From Enterobacterales bacterium (GTDB taxonomy: Bacteria > Pseudomonadota > Gammaproteobacteria > Enterobacterales > Enterobacteriaceae): a stretch of DNA of 32,000 nt. Where the stretch lies: NCBI GenBank assembly GCA_044442725.1, contig JBISJR010000001.1:139187-171186 (forward strand), given 5' to 3'. Of this stretch, positions 29,701 to 32,000 are shown one piece after another. Position 1 is the first letter of the stretch. Each line of letters starts with the position of its first letter. Under the pieces are notes generated by a model. That model was given only the letters and a program-made list of their open reading frames with translations. It was not told the origin of the DNA and ran no database searches. Position numbers and translations under genes: made by a program.

Positions 29701-29805
29701 TTATATTATATAATTTTATATAATCAAAAAATAAAATATATATAATTTAATTTAATTAAATTATATATATTTTATTTTTTGATTATATAAAATTATATAA
29801 TATAA
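29701..29805. repeat. 105-bp perfect palindrome (52-bp arms, 1-nt centre at 29753) in the rpsQ-rplN spacer (S10/spc operon junction)
   Basis: All 52 pairs were verified by hand from 29752/29754 out to 29701/29805, with the mismatch at 29700/29806. The only C (29725) and only G (29781) of the whole 207-bp spacer pair with each other. Confidence 0.92.
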
Positions 29806-29865
29806 TATATTTATTATATATATTATAATATAAAAATAATAATTTTAATATAAATTTAAATTAAT

Positions 29866-30123
29866 TTAATTGTATAACTTTTTTTTTATTATTTTTGATA
29901 AAATCCATGATTTAGTTTTAGAAATTGGATTACATTCAATTATTTCAACAATATCACCAATATTACAACAATTTTTATCATCATGTGCATGAATCTTAGT
30001 AGTACGTTTAATAAATTTACCATATAATTTATGTTTTACAAAACGTTCAATAGAAACAACAATAGATTTATTCATTTTGTTACTTGTAACAATACCTTTT
30101 AATTTATTTATATTATTATTCAT
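29866..30123 (-). CDS. rpsQ: 30S ribosomal protein S17
   Basis: 85 aa. [30 protein letters not shown] and SKTKSW match E. coli S17. Confidence 0.96.
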   Translation of the reverse strand: MNNNINKLKGIVTSNKMNKSIVVSIERFVKHKLYGKFIKRTTKIHAHDDKNCCNIGDIVEIIECNPISKTKSWILSKIIKKKLYN

Positions 30124-30126
30124 TAT

Positions 30127-30309
30127 TTAAAACCTTCTATTTAAAAATGTTTTTATTTGTGCTATTCTTTTTTTTATTTTTTTTAATAAATGAGTTTTAT
30201 TTGATTTTCCTGAATATATTTTCATACGTAATTTAAATTGTTCTTTTATTTTTTTTATAAGTTCTATATTTATATCATTTTTTTTTTTATTATTTTTTAT
30301 TTTTTTCAT
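30127..30309 (-). CDS. rpmC: 50S ribosomal protein L29
   Basis: 60 aa. EQFKLRMK...HLLKKIKKRIAQIKTFLN aligns with E. coli L29 (EQFNLRMQ...HLLKQVRRDVARVKTLLN). Its start overlaps the rplP stop as TAATG. Confidence 0.9.
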   Translation of the reverse strand: MKKIKNNKKKNDINIELIKKIKEQFKLRMKIYSGKSNKTHLLKKIKKRIAQIKTFLNRRF

Positions 30310-30719
30310 TAAATTAACTCGCTATTTATGAAAATAGTTTTAACTGATAATTTAGCTGATGCTAATTTAAATGCTTTTTTTGCTAAATTTTCAGAAACAC
30401 CATTCATTTCATATAAAATCTTACCAGGTTTTATTAAAGAAACCCAATATTCTACATTACCTTTTCCTTTACCCATTCTTACTTCTAATGGTTTTTTTGT
30501 AATTGGTTTATCAGGAAATATTTTTACCCATATTTTACCCTGTCTGTTTATTGCGTGAGTCATAGCACGTCTTGCTGATTCTATTTGATTAGAAGTTAAT
30601 TGACCTCTACTAATTGCTTTTAATCCAAAAATACCTTTACCAATATTTTTAAATTCTTTTAATCCTCTATTTCTACCTTTTTGCATTTTTCTAAATTTTG
30701 TACGTTTTGGTTGTAACAT
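30309..30719 (-). CDS. rplP: 50S ribosomal protein L16
   Basis: 136 aa. [19 protein letters not shown] and [13 protein letters not shown] match E. coli L16. Confidence 0.97.
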   Translation of the reverse strand: MLQPKRTKFRKMQKGRNRGLKEFKNIGKGIFGLKAISRGQLTSNQIESARRAMTHAINRQGKIWVKIFPDKPITKKPLEVRMGKGKGNVEYWVSLIKPGKILYEMNGVSENLAKKAFKLASAKLSVKTIFINSELI

Positions 30720-30799
30720 AATAAATTACCTTTATTATAAATTATAATAATTAATTTTTTTTATTTTATAATAAAATATTAATAATATTTTATATTATT

Positions 30800-31432
30800 T
30801 TAATTAGATAAAATTTCACCTTTAAATATCCATACTTTTATACCTATTATTCCGTAACTAGTTTTTGCTTCAGAAATACTAAAATCTATATCTGCTCTAA
30901 AAGTATGTAATGGAACTCTTCCTTTACGTATCCATTCTTTACGAGCTATTTCAGACCCTCCAAGTCTTCCACTTATTTCAATTTTAATTCCTTTTGCTCC
31001 AAATCTCATTGCATTTTGTATAGATCTTTTCATTGCTCTTCTAAATATAATTCTTCTTTCTAATTGATTAGCTATATTATTAGCTATTAATTTAGCATCT
31101 AATTCTGGTTTTTTTATTTCAATAATATTGATTTGAGATGGTACTCCAGATATGTTTGTTATATTTTTTCTTAATTTTTCTACATCCTTACCTTTTTTAC
31201 CAATTACTATACCTGGTCTTGCTGTATATATTGTAATTTTAATTGTTTTTGAATTACGATCTATTAAAATTTTTGAAATTGAAGCATTTGATAATTTTTT
31301 CATTAAAAATTTACGAATTATAAAATCATTTTTTAAATTAATAGAAAAGTCTTTTTTATTTGCATACCAATTAGAATTCCATTTTTTAACTATACCTAAA
31401 CGAATTATATTTGGATGTACTTTTTGACCCAT
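30800..31432 (-). CDS. rpsC: 30S ribosomal protein S3 (short C-terminal tail)
   Basis: 210 aa. [31 protein letters not shown] and GRLGG.EIAR.EW...GRVPLHT.RADIDF match E. coli S3, which I recall as 233 aa. The missing basic tail accounts for the 80-bp gap before rplP. Confidence 0.96.
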   Translation of the reverse strand: MGQKVHPNIIRLGIVKKWNSNWYANKKDFSINLKNDFIIRKFLMKKLSNASISKILIDRNSKTIKITIYTARPGIVIGKKGKDVEKLRKNITNISGVPSQINIIEIKKPELDAKLIANNIANQLERRIIFRRAMKRSIQNAMRFGAKGIKIEISGRLGGSEIARKEWIRKGRVPLHTFRADIDFSISEAKTSYGIIGIKVWIFKGEILSN

Positions 31433-31449
31433 TTTATAACCTCTTTATT

Positions 31450-31782
31450 TTAATTATCAGATAAAATTATTGTAATATGACTAGTACGTTTTATCATATT
31501 ATCTGATCTGCCTTTAGCTCTTGGAATAATACGTTTCATACTAGGACCACTATCAACAAAAATTTTTAATATTATTAATTTTTCAATATCAGCACTATTA
31601 TTATGTTCAGCATTAGAAATAACTGATTTTAATAATTTTTTTAAAATAAAAGATGCTTTTTTTTTAATAAAAGTCAATTCATTTAAAGCTTTATATGCTT
31701 TTTTACCTCTAATTAAATTTGCTACTAATCTTAACTTTTGAGGAGAAGAATTTGCATATTTATATTTACCTATAGTTTTCAT
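31450..31782 (-). CDS. rplV: 50S ribosomal protein L22
   Basis: 110 aa. [21 protein letters not shown] and GPSMKRI.PRAKGR...I.KRTSHIT match E. coli L22. Confidence 0.97.
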   Translation of the reverse strand: MKTIGKYKYANSSPQKLRLVANLIRGKKAYKALNELTFIKKKASFILKKLLKSVISNAEHNNSADIEKLIILKIFVDSGPSMKRIIPRAKGRSDNMIKRTSHITIILSDN

Positions 31783-31783
31783 T

Positions 31784-32000
31784 TTATTCCTGTTTTAATT
31801 TATTTTTTTTATTTTTTTTATCTGACAAATGCCCTCTGTAAGTTCTTGTTGGTGAAAATTCACCTAATTTATGACCTACCATTTCATCAATAATAAATAC
31901 TGGTATATGTTGTCTTCCATTGTGAACACAAATAGTAAATCCAACCATATTAGGAAATATAGTAGATCTACGAGACCATGTACGAATAGGACTTTTATTT
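31784..32000 (-). CDS. rpsS: 30S ribosomal protein S19, C-terminal part (5' end outside the window)
   Basis: My hand translation of the minus strand gives ...[71 protein letters not shown]. coli S19 reads ...[52 protein letters not shown]. The stop TAA is at 31784-31786, one base before the rplV ATG. Confidence 0.9.
   Translation of the reverse strand, partial: NKSPIRTWSRRSTIFPNMVGFTICVHNGRQHIPVFIIDEMVGHKLGEFSPTRTYRGHLSDKKNKKNKLKQE

Noticed and set aside
13419-31427. Other track ORFs antisense to known genes: 13419-13661 (argH), 15233-15451 and 17383-17589 (secA), 19740-20075 (rsmD), 21594-21950 and 22329-22610 (rplQ/rpoA), 23176-23385 (rpsD/rpsK), 30328-30558 (rplP), 31152-31427 (rpsC)
   Set aside because: All of them overlap well-supported conserved CDSs on the opposite strand and are low-complexity F/L/I/K/N-rich with no recognisable motifs. 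I treat them as shadow ORFs.
1-32000. Alternative genetic code (UGA=Trp), as in some tiny AT-rich symbionts
   Set aside because: All conserved proteins are full length under the standard bacterial code. Conserved Trp positions use TGG, for example Rho KMWIL at 11941-11943. The stop codons I examined directly are TAA, and I saw no in-frame TGA needing reassignment.
1-32000. A novel defence, toxin, mobile or CRISPR-type system hidden in the window
   Set aside because: Every ORF of 60 aa or more on the track is a recognisable housekeeping gene, a shadow ORF, or the single orphan at 17767-18093. There are no spaced direct-repeat arrays, no transposase or integrase-like ORFs, and no G/C-rich RNA genes. 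The unexplained signal is structural (palindromes, deletion scars) rather than a gene system.
1-32000. Promoter (-10/-35) and DnaA-box/origin calls in the spacers
   Set aside because: TATAAT-like hexamers occur everywhere in about 95 % A/T DNA, so they carry no information. I saw no exact TTATCCACA or TGTGGATAA box. No promoter or origin can be supported from sequence alone.

Overview
This window comes from an extremely AT-rich, highly reduced bacterial genome. By eye, coding DNA is roughly 15-25 % GC and spacers only a few % GC; I did not compute this. The proteins closely resemble E. coli orthologues as I remember them (Rho, RpoH, ArgH, Gnd, ribosomal proteins). The best reading is an Enterobacterales-derived obligate insect endosymbiont of the Buchnera type; I cannot name the species. 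Gene order is: recC (3' part)-recB-recD (+); yggX and yggT (-); gnd, trxA, rho (+); argH-argB (-); secA (-); a 108-aa orphan ORF (+); rsmH and rsmD (-); rpoH (+). The rest is one long minus-strand ribosomal block holding the alpha, spc and S10 operon genes: rplQ-rpoA-rpsD-rpsK-rpsM-rpmJ-secY-rplO-rpsE-rplR-rplF-rpsH-rpsN-rplE-rplX-rplN-rpsQ-rpmC-rplP-rpsC-rplV-rpsS. I found no rRNA, tRNA, CRISPR array, transposase, integrase, phage gene or defence-type gene, and no evidence for a novel multi-gene system; this is core housekeeping DNA. Three things are still worth a second look. (1) There are statistically improbable long perfect A/T palindromes in spacers: 105 bp at the S10/spc junction, 74 bp over the gnd stop, 69 bp upstream of secA, and a 50-bp one spanning the convergent rpoH and rplQ stops. 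(2) There are in-place deletion scars where E. coli synteny predicts whole gene sets: the dcw cluster between rsmH and secA, ftsYEX between rsmD and rpoH, mutY and neighbours between yggT and yggX, rpmD between rpsE and rplO, and ptrA between recC and recB. (3) RecD has substituted helicase motifs V/VI next to a RecB whose motifs are all intact. All homology statements are by-eye comparisons with remembered sequences; no searches were run.
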